Assembly (NCBI GenBank): GCA_018304425.1
Contig: JAGVWE010000002.1
Coordinates: 32,001 to 96,000 of the forward strand
Source: Candidatus Iainarchaeum sp.
Lineage (GTDB): Archaea > Iainarchaeota > Iainarchaeia > Iainarchaeales > UBA10219
Length of the DNA stretch: 64,000 bases
Direction: 5' to 3'
The translations under genes were made by a program, and so were the position numbers. Every line of letters begins with the position of its first letter. Positions within the stretch are counted from its first letter, which is position 1. Shown piece by piece: positions 55,996-64,000 of this stretch. The notes under the pieces were generated by a model. It ran no database searches. It had not been told where the DNA came from and was given only the letters and a program-made list of their open reading frames with translations.

Positions 55996-56620
55996 CCTCG
56001 TCCGTGAACGCATTCGCACCGCGTGCCAGCGGCGAAACCGCGACCCCGCCGGGGTGCGGTTGGTGGCCGTGACCAAGGAGCGGAGCGTCGAAGAAGCACA
56101 GGCACTGGCCGCGTTGGGCGTCAAGGACTTCGGCGAGAACCGCTTGGAGGGCCTCGAAGAGAAAAAGGGAAAGGTGCCCGGCGCGGTGTGGCACTTCATC
56201 GGCAACCTGCAAAGCAACAAGGCCAAGCGCGTGGCCGAGTTGGCTGACTACGCACATTCCATTGAGTCGTTGAAGGTCGCGGAAAGGGTTTCAGGGCGGT
56301 GCATGGAGCTGGGGAAAAAGTTGCCGGTCTTCCTGGAAGTCAACGTCGCCGGCGAGGCCAGCAAGCACGGCGTGCCCAAAGAGGAGTTGCCGGTCCTGCT
56401 GAACGGGGCGCGGATGCTGCCCGGCATCAAAGTCATTGGCTTGATGACGATGGCGCCGCTCGTGGAGCCCGAGAAGACCAGGAGCCCATTCCACATGCTG
56501 GCCGAGTTCGCGCGCCACAACGGGTTGCCGGAGCTGTCCATGGGCATGAGCAACGACTTCGAGGTCGCGGTCGAAGAAGGAGCGACGTTCGTACGGATTG
56601 GGTCGGCGCTGTTCGAGTAA
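55970..56620 (+). CDS. yggS: PLP homeostasis protein (YggS/PipY)
   Basis: LVAVTK, FGENR, WHFIGNLQSNK, LSMGMSND and VRIGS motifs. Confidence 0.95.
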   Translation: MKTLQKNLDLVRERIRTACQRRNRDPAGVRLVAVTKERSVEEAQALAALGVKDFGENRLEGLEEKKGKVPGAVWHFIGNLQSNKAKRVAELADYAHSIESLKVAERVSGRCMELGKKLPVFLEVNVAGEASKHGVPKEELPVLLNGARMLPGIKVIGLMTMAPLVEPEKTRSPFHMLAEFARHNGLPELSMGMSNDFEVAVEEGATFVRIGSALFE

Positions 56621-56667
56621 TCCGAAAGGTTTAAATCAACATTATAATATATTATAATGGTGGTCTG

Positions 56668-56889
56668 ATGAGCCAAATGTTCAAAGCCAAGATAAGGCGG
56701 GTGGGCACCTCACTGGGGCTATTAATTCCAAAGGATGTTGTGGTCGAAGAAGACATCCAAGAGGGCGAACAGGTAGATGTAGGTCTCCTCAAGGCCAAAC
56801 GGCTCGAATCCATCAACAAATTGTTTGGCATCGCCAAAGGCGCCAGGTCGTTCAAGCGGGATAAATCCAATCGTGTGGACCGGTACTGA
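56668..56889 (+). CDS. AbrB/MazE-type antitoxin (VapB)
   Basis: KIRRVGTSLGLLIPK swapped-hairpin motif. Coupled to the PIN gene. Confidence 0.85.
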   Translation: MSQMFKAKIRRVGTSLGLLIPKDVVVEEDIQEGEQVDVGLLKAKRLESINKLFGIAKGARSFKRDKSNRVDRY

Positions 56890-57263
56890 TGTATTTGCTG
56901 GACACCTCGGCCTGGATCGAACTCTTTCAGGGAACCAAAAAGGGGGAAAGGGTCAAGAACTTGATGAAGGAAGAAAGGCCCTGCATGAGCATGGTCTCGA
57001 TAGCCGAAATAGCCGCTTGGGTCAAACGAGAGAACGTTGAACGCGAAACTCTATGGACCCACATTCTGAACACCTGCACGGTGTTGGACCTCAGCCCAGT
57101 AGTCTCATTCCTTGCAGGCGAAATAAGCATTGAACGCCGAAAGTCGGTCGGGAAATGGGGCCTGATGGACTCCTTCATCCTGGCGACAGCCCGCGCTTTT
57201 AGCCTCGTCATCATGACGGCAGACAACGATTTCAGGGGCCTTGATTACGTGGAACTCGTTTAG
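56889..57263 (+). CDS. PIN domain toxin (VapC)
   Basis: LLDTSAWIE, SIAE, DSFILATA and T.D.DF motifs. Confidence 0.92.
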   Translation: MYLLDTSAWIELFQGTKKGERVKNLMKEERPCMSMVSIAEIAAWVKRENVERETLWTHILNTCTVLDLSPVVSFLAGEISIERRKSVGKWGLMDSFILATARAFSLVIMTADNDFRGLDYVELV

Positions 57264-57331
57264 CGTTTTTCCTATTTAAACGAGTTTTGCCGCCCGCCAG
57301 GCTTTTAATGGCTTTGGTGGGGTATGAGGGT

Positions 57332-58039
57332 ATGGCCGCTGGCAAGCCCGTGCTCGTCGAACTCGACGTCTTCCACGAGAACTGCTTTGCCATCCCCGTG
57401 ACCGAACGCATGGACGGCGTGAGCATGGTGTCCGTGCCCGCCAACAAGCGCACCCCGGACCGCATCACCTTCTACGCGCGCATCAGCGGACCGGGAGCGC
57501 CTCAGGCCGTGGAGCGCATGCGGAAGCAGGCCGGGATCCGGCGCATCGACCTGCTCTGCAGGGGAAAGGAGCACGTGTTCGTCTACGCCGAAGCAGACCC
57601 CGTCTGCTCCTCCCTTTACTCTTGCCTCGAAGCCGGCGCGTTGTTGAACGAGCCCGCCCTCACGATAGGCACTCATGATACCCTGTCCCTCATCTTCCCT
57701 GACCAGGACGCGCTCAAGCGGTTCGACAGCGAGCGCCCGGGCTTCGACTTCCGCCTCCGCTCCAAGAAACCCTTCGACGAGGAGAGCCTCTCCGGGCTCG
57801 CGACCTTCTCCAAGCAGGGGTTCACCCAGTTGAAAACCGTTTCCTCCTCGCTCTCGCCCGCGCAACGGGAGGCCTTCGACCTCGCCGTGCAACGCGGTTA
57901 CTACCACGAGCCCCAGAAGATAACGGTCACCGAACTCGCCTTCGAGACGGGGGTTTCGGCCAGCACCTGCGCCGAGCACCTGCGAAAAGCAGAGGCCAAG
58001 CTCATGCCCGTGCTCGGGCAACTCATGAAATACCTGTGA
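57332..58039 (+). CDS. Bat/HTH_10-type transcriptional regulator, paralog 1
   Basis: LS.AQ...F.LA..RGYY..P.....ELA........EHLRKAE.KL. Confidence 0.88.
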   Translation: MAAGKPVLVELDVFHENCFAIPVTERMDGVSMVSVPANKRTPDRITFYARISGPGAPQAVERMRKQAGIRRIDLLCRGKEHVFVYAEADPVCSSLYSCLEAGALLNEPALTIGTHDTLSLIFPDQDALKRFDSERPGFDFRLRSKKPFDEESLSGLATFSKQGFTQLKTVSSSLSPAQREAFDLAVQRGYYHEPQKITVTELAFETGVSASTCAEHLRKAEAKLMPVLGQLMKYL

Positions 58040-58114
58040 ACCGGTAATCACCGGGCCAAGACTTATATAGCCGAGCGGGAACGATTATTGCAGGGTAAAT
58101 GGAGGGGTCCTTGG

Positions 58115-59260
58115 ATGAAGTCGAGTTACTGGATTGTGTTAGTCGTTTTGGCGGTTGTTTTGGCGGGTTGCACCCTGCCGGGTGCAGGCACGCAGGCAGG
58201 CACCGGCCCACGGGACGGCGCAACCGCGCCACAGGAGTCCATCAAAATCGGTTCCCTCCAGCCCATGACCGGAGAAGCGGCGAGCTGGGGCCAGAACGGG
58301 GTCGCAGGAGCCCGTATGGCGGTCGAAGAAATCAATGCCGCGGGCGGCGTCCTCGGACGCAGGCTTGAATTGGTTGCGGAAGACGACAAGTGCAGTTCGG
58401 AAGGGGTTACGGCGATAACCAAGTTAATCAACGTGGACCAAGTCGATGCCATCATTGGCCCGGACTGCTCGGCGTCGGGGGCGGCGGCTTTGCCGGTGGC
58501 GCAGAAAGCCGGGGTTCCAGTCGTCATCATCTCGGCCTCCAATCCCACGCTCACCAGGTTGGGGGACTACATTTTCCGGATTTATCCCTCCAGCGCGGTG
58601 GAAGGGGCTACCGGTGCGGAGTTCACGGTGAACAAGCTGGGAAAACGAAAGGCCGCCGTCATCTTCGTGGAAGACGTTTGGAGCAAAGGAGTCAAGGACG
58701 CGTTCATCGCGCGCTTCAAGGAACTCGGCGGGCAAATCGCGTACGAAGACAGTGTTACGCCGGAAGCGCGGGACCTGAAAACCCAGTTGACGAAGGCCAA
58801 GAACTCGGGGGCCGACGTGCTGTATTCTCCTTTGCGGCCGGCCGGCGGCGTGGCCTTGTTCCAGCAGGCGCAGGAAATAGGCCTGGGCATGCCCATCGTG
58901 GGCGGCGACTTCTACGACAGTGAGGAAGTCGTCAAGCATCCCGCCTCGGAGGGAGTCTATTACACGGTGCCCCACGTGACGACGCCGGACGCGTTCGCGG
59001 CCAAGGTGAAAGCCATGCCTGGCAACGAGAACCTGGCCGTGTTCCTCACCGCGCCCATCGGCTATGACGCAGTGAAAATCCTCGTCGACGCCATGCATCG
59101 GGCGGGAAGCACGGACAAGCTGGCCGTCATGCAGGCGCTCAAGCTGACGAAGTATTCGGGGGTTTCCAACCCCGACATCGACTTCGACGAGGCCGGCGAC
59201 CTCAAGAACGCCCTGATGGACGTCAAGGTCGTCCGCGGCGGGAAAGGCGTGCTGCCCTAA
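58115..59260 (+). CDS. Branched-chain amino-acid ABC-type substrate-binding lipoprotein (LivK-like), paralog 1
   Basis: LAGC, IKIG...P.TG, EEIN..GG..GR, EDD.C, YIFR and FDE.GD motifs. Confidence 0.93.
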   Translation: MKSSYWIVLVVLAVVLAGCTLPGAGTQAGTGPRDGATAPQESIKIGSLQPMTGEAASWGQNGVAGARMAVEEINAAGGVLGRRLELVAEDDKCSSEGVTAITKLINVDQVDAIIGPDCSASGAAALPVAQKAGVPVVIISASNPTLTRLGDYIFRIYPSSAVEGATGAEFTVNKLGKRKAAVIFVEDVWSKGVKDAFIARFKELGGQIAYEDSVTPEARDLKTQLTKAKNSGADVLYSPLRPAGGVALFQQAQEIGLGMPIVGGDFYDSEEVVKHPASEGVYYTVPHVTTPDAFAAKVKAMPGNENLAVFLTAPIGYDAVKILVDAMHRAGSTDKLAVMQALKLTKYSGVSNPDIDFDEAGDLKNALMDVKVVRGGKGVLP

Positions 59261-59317
59261 CGCCGAATTTAAAGCCCGCCGGTAACGCTTTTAAGGCCTG
59301 CCAGGCGTAAATAAGGT

Positions 59318-60022
59318 ATGCAGAAGCCCTTGCTGGTGGAACTCGAGGCCTTTCACGACGACTGCTATGCCATCAACGCCCAGGAACGGTTCAAGGACGT
59401 GCGCATGCTGACCATGCCCGGCATGGCGGTGAACGCCCGGACCATGACGTTCTACTCGAAGGTCAGCGGCCCGGAGACCCTGAAAGCCATCGAGTTCATC
59501 CGCCGCGAGCCACATGTCAAGCACCTGCAGGTCATTTACAAGGACCGGGACCGCGCGTTCCTCGAATTGCAGTTCGACAAAAAGCATTCCTCGATTTACT
59601 CGTGCATGGAGGCCGGCGCGCTGTTGGACAAGCCAGCGCTCACCCAGGGCCGGCTCGACTTCCTGCCCCTTATCTTCAGGAACGGCAAGGACTTCAAGGA
59701 GTTCGCTGGCAAGGTCAGGGACAAGTTCGACTTCAAGTTGAAGTCCAAAATCGTGGTGGACGCCAAGGCGGTGGACGGCTTGGGCAGCCTCTCAGCCTGC
59801 GGGGCCGCGGAACTCAAGACGGTGTCGGCCTCGCTGTCGGACGCGCAACGGACGGCCTTCGACTTGGCCGTGCAGCGCGGCTACTACGACCACCCCCAGC
59901 GAACGACCGTGGCCGAGTTGTCGGCGCGGGCCGGGCTCGCGCCCAGCACCTACGGCGAACACCTCCGCAAGGCCGAGTCCAAGTTGTTGCCCGTGGTCGG
60001 GCAGCTAATCAAATACCTTTAA
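59318..60022 (+). CDS. Bat/HTH_10-type transcriptional regulator, paralog 2
   Basis: Aligns end to end with 57332..58039. Confidence 0.88.
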   Translation: MQKPLLVELEAFHDDCYAINAQERFKDVRMLTMPGMAVNARTMTFYSKVSGPETLKAIEFIRREPHVKHLQVIYKDRDRAFLELQFDKKHSSIYSCMEAGALLDKPALTQGRLDFLPLIFRNGKDFKEFAGKVRDKFDFKLKSKIVVDAKAVDGLGSLSACGAAELKTVSASLSDAQRTAFDLAVQRGYYDHPQRTTVAELSARAGLAPSTYGEHLRKAESKLLPVVGQLIKYL

Positions 60023-60071
60023 CTTCAGCCGGTGACAAGGCTTTTAATGAGTTCAGGGCGGAGTAATCCCT

Positions 60072-60395
60072 GTGGCAAACTACAAAGTCTTTTTGACGGC
60101 GGCGTTCGAGAAAAAACTGGCAAAAATGGATGGCACGTTCAAAGGCTGGTTCGAAAAAATGCTTGACCAATTGGCGGAAAATCCGTTCACAGGAAAACCG
60201 TTGGGCGTTGACTGGTTCAGGGAAAAGAAGCATGGCAAGCACCGGGTGTACTATCTTGTTTACGAGAACGTGAAAAGCATGTACGTTGTCAACTTGAGCG
60301 AAAAGAAGGACCAGGAAGTAATCATTAATTCCATCAAGCTGCTGTTTGACATGTACAAAAAGGAATTAGACGAATTGCTTGGCGGAACAAATTAG
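60072..60395 (+). CDS. RelE/ParE-like toxin
   Basis: YKV.....F.K, L.ENP..GKPL...FREKK....RVYY and KKDQ motifs. Confidence 0.75.
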   Translation: MANYKVFLTAAFEKKLAKMDGTFKGWFEKMLDQLAENPFTGKPLGVDWFREKKHGKHRVYYLVYENVKSMYVVNLSEKKDQEVIINSIKLLFDMYKKELDELLGGTN

Positions 60396-60532
60396 CGCAC
60401 TTGCCGCACTCGTCCGGCCTTGATGTCGGCGAGGCTCGACACAAGGTCCTTGACGAATTCCAGGTCAATTTTTGCCTGCTTCTTCAACGCGAGATATTCG
60501 TCTCTTGGAATCGTAACCATTTGCTGTGTCAT
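60392..60532 (-). CDS. Putative 46-aa antitoxin, convergent with the RelE-like gene
   Basis: MTQQMVTIPRDEYLALKKQAKIDLEFVKDLVSSLADIKAGRVRQVR. TATA TTTATA ~25 nt upstream. Below the ORF-track length cut-off. Confidence 0.7.
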   Translation of the reverse strand: MTQQMVTIPRDEYLALKKQAKIDLEFVKDLVSSLADIKAGRVRQVR

Positions 60533-60695
60533 GCATATAATGCGAGCAAAGCTCAATATAAACGTTTAGTTTTCAGCCCTGAAACGGTATTGCTCAAATA
60601 CCTTTAACTTCAGCCGCTGGACAGCGGGAAAACCGTTAAATAGGGGTTTGCCTTCATATAATGCGGGTTTTAACCTGTTTAGGGGAGGTACGGAG

Positions 60696-61844
60696 ATGAA
60701 CGGAAAGTACGTGATTGCGTTACTCGTGTTGGGCGTGCTGTTGGCTGGTTGCACGAACCAGCCGCCGGCGGCGGGGCCTGCACCCGGTCCGGTACCGGTT
60801 GAACCGCCCGCGACCAAGGAGCCCATCAAGCTCGGGTTCATTGGACCGCTTTCCGGGGACGTTGCCGCCATCGGAATCGGCAGCAAGGAAGGCGTCGAGA
60901 TGGCGGTCGAAGAAATCAACCAGGCCGGTGGCATCAACGACCGAAAAGTCGAGGTAATCTACGAGGACGGAAAGTGCTCGGGCGCGGCCGCGGCCTCGGC
61001 GGGAAACAAGCTCATCAACCTTGACAAGGTTTCGGCCATCATCGGCGGGCTCTGCTCGGGCGAGACCCTGGCCGTGGCGCCGGTCGCGGAAAAAGCAGGC
61101 GTCCTGATGTTATCGAGCTGTTCTTCTTCGCCGAAGGTAACGGAGGCCGGCGACTACATCTTCCGGGACTATCCCAGCGACGAGTTCCAGGGCGCGTTCG
61201 GGGCCGAGTATGCCTTCAACGAGTTGAAGGCGCGAAAAGTGGCCATCATTTATTCCCTGAGCGACTGGGGCGTTCCCATCAAGGACCGGTTCAAGGCCCG
61301 GTTCACGGAATTGGGTGGAACCATTGTCGCGGAGGAAGGCGTTGACGACAAAATCCAGGACACGCGGACCCAGTTGATGAAGCTCAAGTCCGCGAACCCG
61401 GACGCCGTGTACATGCCGCAGTACTCGGGCGCGACCGCCATCATCCTCAAGCAGGCAAAGGAACTCGGTTTAACCGTGCCCTTGCTGGGAGGCGACGCGG
61501 GCAACGACCCCAAGGTCATCGAAGTGGGTGGCAGCGCGGCGGAGGGCTTCCTCTCCACGGTGCCGTTCTCCGAGCCCCCCAAAGAATGGGAGGCTGCCTA
61601 CACCCAGCGGACCGGCCACGAAGTCAGGCTCTGCGGGGTGCACGCCTATGACGCGGCGAAGATAATGGCGAAGGCCTTGGCAGTGGTGGGGGACGACGCC
61701 TCCAAACTCAGGGACTACCTCTACGCCATGCCGCCCTATAAGGGCATGTCGGGAGAGGTCAGCTTTGACCGGAATGGCGACCTCAAGGGAGCCAGGTACT
61801 CGGTGCTGCAGGTCAAGAACGCCAAGTTCGAGAAAGTGTATTAA
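60696..61844 (+). CDS. LivK-like substrate-binding lipoprotein, paralog 2
   Basis: LAGC, GPLSGD, EDGKC, GG.CSG, YIFR and FD.NGD motifs. SD GGAGG. Confidence 0.93.
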   Translation: MNGKYVIALLVLGVLLAGCTNQPPAAGPAPGPVPVEPPATKEPIKLGFIGPLSGDVAAIGIGSKEGVEMAVEEINQAGGINDRKVEVIYEDGKCSGAAAASAGNKLINLDKVSAIIGGLCSGETLAVAPVAEKAGVLMLSSCSSSPKVTEAGDYIFRDYPSDEFQGAFGAEYAFNELKARKVAIIYSLSDWGVPIKDRFKARFTELGGTIVAEEGVDDKIQDTRTQLMKLKSANPDAVYMPQYSGATAIILKQAKELGLTVPLLGGDAGNDPKVIEVGGSAAEGFLSTVPFSEPPKEWEAAYTQRTGHEVRLCGVHAYDAAKIMAKALAVVGDDASKLRDYLYAMPPYKGMSGEVSFDRNGDLKGARYSVLQVKNAKFEKVY

Positions 61845-61850
61845 GAGCGG

Positions 61851-61934
61851 CCGGCGGCTGAAAGGCCCCGGTTCTTTTTTCTTTTATTTTTTCGGGCTAG
61901 CCGGCCGGCTGGAGTGGGTGAAAAAAGAAAAAAA
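61851..61934. terminator. Bidirectional terminator region
   Basis: GC hairpin + T tract on +, and an A tract (T tract on -) between convergent genes. Confidence 0.55.
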
Positions 61935-61945
61935 GCCGGGGTGGC

Positions 61946-62275
61946 TTAGTCTTTTGCCATGCCCCAGAGTGCTTTGACTGCCACGACCAAGGCTGCTGGT
62001 GCTGCCATGGTGGCTATGCCGCCGAGAATGCCCGCCAAGTACATTCCAATCATGGGAATGGCCTGGGTTCCAGCCGTGTTGGCTGCCAGCAAGGCAACCG
62101 TGGCCAGTAAGAAGTTGTGGGTCTCGTGGGCCGTGACGTTCAGGAATCCAACGACTAACCCGATTACGACCAGGATTAGCCCGACTTGGGGGATTGCGTT
62201 GGGCATGAACCCGTTCACCAAGGCGACTAATATGCCCAAGAGGAACAGGTACTGGCCCATCTTGCTCATTTCCAT
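61946..62275 (-). CDS. Small 4-TM membrane protein
   Basis: GLVVGFLNVT..E...FL pattern. SD GGAGG. Confidence 0.8.
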   Translation of the reverse strand: MEMSKMGQYLFLLGILVALVNGFMPNAIPQVGLILVVIGLVVGFLNVTAHETHNFLLATVALLAANTAGTQAIPMIGMYLAGILGGIATMAAPAALVVAVKALWGMAKD

Positions 62276-62384
62276 CTTGTTTCGACCTCCAAACAAAGTT
62301 AAAAGTAGGAATTGATGGGCTTAAGAGGTATTTAAGGATAAGGTTTTCAACGAATGGAATTACGGCGGAAGACGAAGTAAACGG

Positions 62385-63377
62385 TTATTCGGGGTAGTAT
62401 TTGATGTCGTAGAGCTTGTAGTAAATGAAGTGGCTGTAGTCGGCCAGGGTGTCGCCTGCAACCGTCAACACCTCGCGTTGGATGGCCTTGAACTCGTCAT
62501 AGCTTTGGACCAGCATCTCGACTTCGAAGTCATAGTAGCCGATGGCGTCGTTCCAGAAGACGATGTGGGGGCAGATGCGCGCGTATTCGAGGAGGCTCGC
62601 GTACTTGGAGCGGTTTTTGAGGCGAAGGTGCAGCTTGTACATTAAGTAACCCAGCTTGGAGGAATTGAGTTGGGCGCGGTAGGCGAGGATGATGCCCGAG
62701 GCCTCCATCTTCTTCAAGGAGTAGCGCACGACGACGGGAGAGAGGGAAATCCGTTGCGCGATGGAAACGATGGGTTCCCGGGCATTGCTTGAAACAAAGG
62801 CGAGCACCTTTTTGTCCGAATTGGAGAGCTCCACGTTCGAAAAGGCCTGGCCCATGGCCTGGAAGGGCCGGTCGCGCACTTCATGGGGCAGGATGCAGGC
62901 GCAGGCAAAGGTGGTCAAGCCATTGTACACGCAGACCACCGTGTTCTGGATGTGTTCCTGGAACATGGAGAGGAACTTTATCCAGAAGTCCCTGAACTCG
63001 TAGGTGTTCTTCACCCAGACCAGGAAGCCGAAGTCGAATTCGCCGTCGATGTTGCCGCTCCACCAGACATGCTTGTGGCCGGAAATGAAGTCGAAGACCT
63101 CCTGCCGCTTGGCCTCGTCGAGGATGCTGAACTTCAAGTACACCCGGAAGGTCTGGAAGCCCAGCTTCGGCGAGTCCACGACCGCGTAAAACCGGTCGAT
63201 GAAACCGTTCTCCAAGAGCTTGCCGATGCGGTAGTTGACCACGTTTTTGTTCACGCGCAGCTTCTTCCCGATGGCCGCATTCGACTGCCTGCAATTGCAG
63301 TCCAGCTCGTACAGGATTTTGCAGTCGAGCTCGTCCAAGCCCTTGGCGGCAAATGCAGACTTATCCCAAAAATGCAT
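62385..63377 (-). CDS. Tandem double Lrp/AsnC regulator
   Basis: Two AsnC HTH + RAM repeats (LD..D.KIL.EL..N.R.S; L...D..VL..V..NAR). Confidence 0.88.
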   Translation of the reverse strand: MHFWDKSAFAAKGLDELDCKILYELDCNCRQSNAAIGKKLRVNKNVVNYRIGKLLENGFIDRFYAVVDSPKLGFQTFRVYLKFSILDEAKRQEVFDFISGHKHVWWSGNIDGEFDFGFLVWVKNTYEFRDFWIKFLSMFQEHIQNTVVCVYNGLTTFACACILPHEVRDRPFQAMGQAFSNVELSNSDKKVLAFVSSNAREPIVSIAQRISLSPVVVRYSLKKMEASGIILAYRAQLNSSKLGYLMYKLHLRLKNRSKYASLLEYARICPHIVFWNDAIGYYDFEVEMLVQSYDEFKAIQREVLTVAGDTLADYSHFIYYKLYDIKYYPE

Positions 63378-63502
63378 TTTAGGTCAAAATAAGTATTTAA
63401 AGCAACAATTTATATATTTGACTAAAAAATGGCCACATATTCTTATTAAGTGGGTAGACCGAAGGTATGTTAGGTCCCCCACGGGGACCGGGAAGGGGTT
63501 GG

Positions 63503-64000
63503 ATGAAGGTTTCCATTGTTCTATGGGTCGCCGTACTGCTCGCATTGGCTGGGTGCGTCCAAGGGACGCAAGGCACGCAGGGCACCCAAGGCGGCTCCCA
63601 GGCCCAGCCGGGTGGGGCGGCAGACGCGAGCGGTGAAATCGTCCTCGGGTTTGCGGACGCCCTGACTGGCGACGCGGCCACCTACGGCGCGGTCTCCAGG
63701 AACGCCATCGAGATGGCCGTGGACGAAATCAACACCGAAGGCGGCATCAACGGGAAAAGGTTGCGCGTCATCTATGAAGACAACAAGTGCAATGGCAAGG
63801 ACGCTGCAACCGTTGCGCAAAAACTGGTTAACGTCGACAAGGTCAAGGTCATCGTGGGATGGAGCTGCAGCGGCGCGGTGCTGGGCGCGGCGCCCGTGAC
63901 CGAGAAAGCTAGGGTCATCATCCTGGACGGCTACGCCAGCAACCCCGACATCACCTATGCCGGCGACTACGTTTTCCGCACGAGCTACTCGGACACCCTC
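63503..64000 (+). CDS. LivK-like substrate-binding lipoprotein, paralog 3 (3' truncated by window edge)
   Basis: LAGC, LTGDAA.YG, EIN..GGING, EDNKC and YVFR motifs. Confidence 0.9.
   Translation, partial: MKVSIVLWVAVLLALAGCVQGTQGTQGTQGGSQAQPGGAADASGEIVLGFADALTGDAATYGAVSRNAIEMAVDEINTEGGINGKRLRVIYEDNKCNGKDAATVAQKLVNVDKVKVIVGWSCSGAVLGAAPVTEKARVIILDGYASNPDITYAGDYVFRTSYSDTL

Noticed and set aside
1-64000. CRISPR array, DGR, integrase or transposase
   Set aside because: No regularly spaced repeat-spacer array, reverse transcriptase, recombinase or transposase ORF was recognised.

Overview
A 64-kb piece of a GC-rich archaeal chromosome. Gene content and the giant surface protein suggest a DPANN lineage such as Diapherotrites/Ca. 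Iainarchaeum (inference, not a database result). Core genes include nop5/fibrillarin, the exosome-proteasome-RNase P-prefoldin-rpoP superoperon, eIF5A, an intein-containing MCM, SmAP, two MinD paralogs and three tRNAs (Arg-CCT, Val-GAC, Ala-GGC). Cofactor biosynthesis is unusually rich: archaeal PoK/PPS for CoA, a bacterial-type folE-folP-folB-folK operon, ribBA and yggS. Accessory content includes a ~2,600-codon Cys-repeat surface protein broken at repeats, toxin-antitoxin pairs, several pseudogenes and a regulator + LivK-like binding-protein array. The most unusual signal is non-coding. A dispersed, modular hairpin family (tandem-GA hairpin / GAGCCAG / hairpin / TGTAAAA or TGTCAAC) shows compensatory base changes between copies. 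Copies flank two tRNA genes, lie upstream of ribBA and sit in one gene leader, and one is part of a ~200-nt folded element fused to tRNA-Arg. Other leads are a NUMOD3-repeat/sigma70-region-4 fusion, Arg-rich orphan genes inserted in conserved operons, a 42-aa hyper-acidic microprotein, a convergent RelE/antitoxin pair and a possible replication origin before mcm.
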